NCBI RefSeq assembly: GCF_009914755.1
Contig: NC_060925.1
Strand: one strand, 5' to 3'
Origin: the human T2T-CHM13v2.0 reference genome, Homo sapiens
DNA: 64,000 bases
This document shows positions 58,950 to 64,000 of this stretch, in pieces (the first letter of the stretch is position 1; each line of letters opens with the position of its first letter). Below the pieces are notes generated by a model. That model saw only the letters and a list, made by a program, of their open reading frames with translations. It did not search any database and was not told the DNA's origin. A program made the position numbers and the translations under genes.

Positions 58950-59780
58950 GACAACAACCGACTCCGGAATTCTTGGACCTCCGCCTTCCGTACAAGGTGC
59001 TGGGCCTGGGAACTTGGGATGGGGGAGGGGGACACATTGCGCGGTGGCCCTGAGGTGACGGGGAGACGCAGGGCGAGCCGTGTCCCTCAATCTAAGGGGA
59101 GAAATAGGAGCGCACACATGGGTCACCCAACGAAGCAAGGCGTCCCTGTGAACTGTGCGGCTGGCTCTTGGGGGCAACACCAGGGCTGACCTGAGGAAAG
59201 GGCAACCAGTACTCCCAGCGATGACTTCGGGTCGGCGGAAGGAAAAGACCTGAGCGCTAAGAGCTTGGGATACGGGTCAGGCCCATCCTTAGGGGAAACC
59301 GGCTGGGAAGCGAGGGGGGGCGCAGGCCGAGCCGGAACGAGACACAGACCGGGTAGGTCAAGGGAGGGGGGGTGTCCGGCTGGGGCAGTTACAAGCACGG
59401 GAATCGGCGAGGCTCAGCAGCCCGCTTCCCGTCTTGGGTCATCCTTCTGCTAGCGGCTGCTCCGACTGTTCCAGGCCCAGCCGCCCCGTCCACTGCCACC
59501 ACCAACGCCGCCGCCATCTTACACTGGCCAGCGGCCGCCACCACCACCGCCTCCGCTCTCTGCGCTTGCGCCTGCGCTGCCACGCTTTCCGGCCCCGTTT
59601 GCGACGATGTGCTCGAGAAGACTGAGGGAAGAGTGGTCGCGCGAGCTCACGGCTCGCAACCCTCCTCGAAGGACGCACAAGGGGCGGGGCTTAAGGCCAA
59701 CGGAAAACAGAGCGAGAGGCGCCTGCGCATTACCGAAGAGGCAAAGTTGTTTTTGTAGTTTCTTCGGGCTTGCTTATCTT
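58950..59780. promoter_or_regulatory. DCAF8 CpG-island housekeeping promoter: YY1 (59511-59520), NRF1 (59561-59577, 59719-59730), GC box (59681-59690)
   Basis: CCGCCATCTT, GCGCCTGCGCAT, GGGGCGGGGC; high CpG density. Confidence 0.9.
59523..59625 (-). other. DCAF8: DCAF8 non-coding exon 1 (TSS approximate)
   Basis: In CpG island, ends at donor CAGT|gtaaga. Confidence 0.7.
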
Positions 59781-60414
59781 GTGATACTCTAAACAAATGC
59801 GAGTTAGGGGCTACCCAGAGTTGTGATAGAAATAAACTAAATTTCCAGCGGATTGGCAGGCCACTTCCTGGATGATGGCCAGTTTTGCCGTTTTTGAACA
59901 CTGGAACGAGCAATGATTGCCACAAGGATTTCTTCTGAAAATCCCCGTTTCCTTTCAGGGCTTTGTTTCCTTAAGTGGTTTCTATACTATCGAGGCCCAT
60001 TTTCCCCTGAGAGTCCCCATTTACGTATTTTTAAAGAAGGGGCTCAGTAGCTTGAGGTGTAGCTATTCCAGAAGCTCTTTTCTGAAGAGGGGTGGTGTGG
60101 GTAAAGGTTCCCAAGAGTGGGCCGGGTGATGTGGGGTGACTTTTGTACTCTGTTTCGTTATGACACCTACAGTAACCCTGCAGAGGATTACTCCCAGCTG
60201 CCAGGCTGGGGTATTTTTTTTTTTTTTCTTACCAGAAGCCCAGGGTGCAAAAATCTGACCCTTTCTCACCTCCCCTACCGCTACTCTCCTATTCCAAGTC
60301 ATTACATATTACTTAAGACTACCGCAATAGAAACTTACCTCGTTTGTCTACTTCCATTATTGCCATTACAGTTAAACATAAGGCAGCCAGAGTGCTTTTT
60401 AAAAATGTAAGGTC

Positions 60415-60720
60415 TGGCCGGGCGCGGTGGCTCATGCCTGTAATCCTAGCACTTTGGGAGGCGGATGTGGGCGGATCACTTGAGGTCAGGAGTTCGAAAC
60501 TCGTTTGAAACCAGGCCAACATGGTGAAACCCGTCTCTACGAAAAATACAAAAAAAAAAAAAAATTACCCGGCATGGTGGAGCGCGCCTGCAATCCCAGC
60601 TACTTGGGAGGCTGAGGCAGGAGAATTGCTTGAACCCGGAGGCGGAGGTTGCAGTGAGCTGAGATCGCACCACTGCACTCCAGGCTGGGCAATGGAATGA
60701 GACTCCGTCTCAAAAAAAAA
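60415..60720 (+). mobile_element. AluS
   Basis: Full dimer, CpG-rich. Confidence 0.93.
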
Positions 60721-60739
60721 GTAATGTCGTATTATTTCC

Positions 60740-62700
60740 CCAGTCCCCACCCTGCTCAAAACCTCCAATTCCCATCACATAATAAAAGTCAAAAGTATGA
60801 TAGCCTTAGAGGCCATCAAAAAATGAATTGCCTCTAAGGAGGACCCTACATGATCTGATCTAGCACCTGCCTATTTATCTGATTCATCTCCTCCCACACT
60901 GCCTAGCTCTGCTCTAGCCTCACTAGCCTTACTGTCACTCCAGTCAAAGCATGTCCCAGCCCTAGGGTTTTTTTCCTTTTCTTGGAATGTCCATCTACTA
61001 GATATTTACTAGACTTGAGGTGTCTATTGAAATCCTACTTCCTAACACAGGCAGCTCTTGACTATTGTAACTAAAATGGAACCTCATGTCATCCTCCTCT
61101 ATCCCCTTACTCTGCACTGTTTTTTTAATAACATTTTTTACCTATAACATTTAATCTAAAATTATGTTTGTGATCCAGCTATACTACTAGAATATAAATT
61201 CTTGAGGGCAAGGACTGTGTTTTTATCATCTTTGTAATCTCAACACCTAGAAGAGGGCTACAGCACAAAGTAGCTATTTAATGCCCCACCGTCCTATTCA
61301 TTCTTTCATTCATTCAGTCAACAACTATTGAATTCCTGCTCTGGAAGGCCCTGTTCTATGTGCTGGGGCTGCAACAGTGAATAGAACCAAGATTCTTGCA
61401 TTCATGGAACTTATTAGTGCAAGGGTTGGGAGCATAGGAGGAGGGGAGAGACACACAGATAATAAAGTTATAAAGAGTACTGTAAAGGAAAATAAAGCAG
61501 AATAAAAATGGGTTACCTGGATGGGTGTGCTCTTTTACATAGGGGATTCAGAGAAGGCCCCTCTGCTGAGGTGACATCTAAATAAAGGTTTGAAGTGAGA
61601 CAATAAGCTATACATACTTGGGAAAGAATATTTCAAGCAGAAGAAACAACAAGGTAAAGACCCTGCAGCTTGAGTGTGCTTGGCAAGGAAGCCACTGTGG
61701 CAAAAGAATAGATAGGAACTTAGTTTGGAGAAACAAGATGGGAGCCAGATCACTTACGGACTTATGGACCAAAGAAAGGACTTTGAATTTTATCCTAAGA
61801 ATGCTAGGAAGCCATGGAGGGTTTTGAGTAGAAGAGTGGCATGATCTGATTTATAATTGAAGATGTTCACTCTGGTTATTCTTTGAGAATTCCCTATAGG
61901 GAAGCCAAATAGAAGCTAAAAGACCAGTTAGGAAGCTATTGCAGAAGACCTGCAAAACTAGTGTTGCAATGAAATTGGTAGGATTCAGGATGTACTCTGA
62001 AAGTGGTGGAGAGGTGATGTGTTAATAGATTGAATGTGGGGTACAAGATAAAGACAAGAATAAAAAATCAGTAAAAAAGTACAAAAGTCAAAGTACAAAA
62101 ATCAGTTTGATTTGAGTAACTGGATAAATAGTGATGTCGTTTACTGAGAGCGCATGTGAGGAGACAGGAGCAAGGTTTTTTTTGGCGGGGGGGAATGTCC
62201 AATTTTACTTCAAACATATTAAACTGGAGATCCCTATTAGATTTCCGAATGGAGCTACTGAGTAAACAATTGGAAATATGAACCTGGGGCTCATACAAGG
62301 GACAATGAGAGGTATAAATTAAGGATTAATTAAGTTATAAATGGCATACATAGCCATGGGGTGGAGAGAAATCAATGTGGAAGCAAAGAGAAGCAGTTTA
62401 AAGACTGAGACCTCTAATCCTGAGGCATTCCAACTAATAAAGGTCAGAGAGGAGGAACATACAGCAAAATTTATTTAAAAAGAGTAGCCAGGAAATAGGA
62501 AGAATAAAACTCAAAAGTGAGGGGTCTTATAAAACAAACCAAAAAAAAAAAGCTTCAAGAAGGGGCTATAATCTCCATCATTCCTGTCATAAAACAGGTT
62601 AAGATAACTGGAAATTGACCATCGGACTTGGAAAATGGAGGATTAGACCATGGCAAGTCATCTTAGTGGAAGCTATAGGGATAGAGGCCTCCCTTTCTAT
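60740..62700. mobile_element. L2 remnants
   Basis: cattcattcagtcaacaa, ttgaattttatcctaag, gccatggagggttttgag, cttgagggcaaggactgtg motifs. Confidence 0.65.
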
Positions 62701-63002
62701 GATCTGCTTTTTGTACCCACTGTTTTGTGGACACCATGGTTATTACCACCAAATCAATAGCTATTACCACTGAATTCTCCCTTTCTTATTTGGGCTTTCC
62801 TATTGAATTTGAGGTTGTGATGATTATTATCCCTTGTGTATCCATCTTGTGACAGATACTCAATCCCACTGGTTTCCGTAACACTATATTCCACGGTTTT
62901 GTTTTTATCTCTCTAATCATTTATTTAATTAGCTTCTCTTCCCCTTCATTCTACATGTTCTTTCAGTGATTGTATCCATTCTCACATTTAAACTACTGTC
63001 CA

Positions 63003-63285
<283 letters not shown>

Positions 63286-63314
63286 ACCATCCACGTAATG
63301 ATGACTTCCAAGTC

Positions 63315-64000
<686 letters not shown>

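Noticed and set aside
59372-59758. 128-aa + strand ORF over the DCAF8 promoter
   Set aside because: Non-AUG start, low-complexity CpG-island ORF antisense to exon 1

Overview
Human (primate) genomic DNA matching the PEA15-DCAF8 locus (1q23, recognised from the translated proteins). PEA15 lies on the + strand: CpG-island exon 1 ends at 2598, coding exons are 8617-8788, 10183-10338 and 10495-10559 (130 aa), and two poly(A) signals follow. DCAF8/WDR42A lies on the - strand: a CpG-island promoter near 59.6 kb, two non-coding exons and 12 coding exons that assemble to exactly 1794 nt (597 aa plus stop). The genes are convergent, with 3' ends about 350 bp apart. A processed RPSA pseudogene starts at about 63315 and runs off the window. 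The rest is mostly Alu, MIR, L2, L1M, MER58, MER5 and Tigger remnants, and most ORF-track entries are Alu or simple-repeat artefacts. I see no new gene system. The most interesting sequence-derived hypotheses are: (1) a DCAF8 exon 2-6 back-splice would give a stop-free 353-codon circular ORF; (2) a CUG-initiated polyglycine uORF spans the PEA15 5'UTR GGC repeats; (3) DCAF8 intronic polyadenylation may use a MIR-derived AATAAA; (4) DCAF8 may have a poison exon; (5) PEA15 carries RFX, QKI, miRNA and alternative-polyadenylation elements. Repeat boundaries are approximate and were read by eye.
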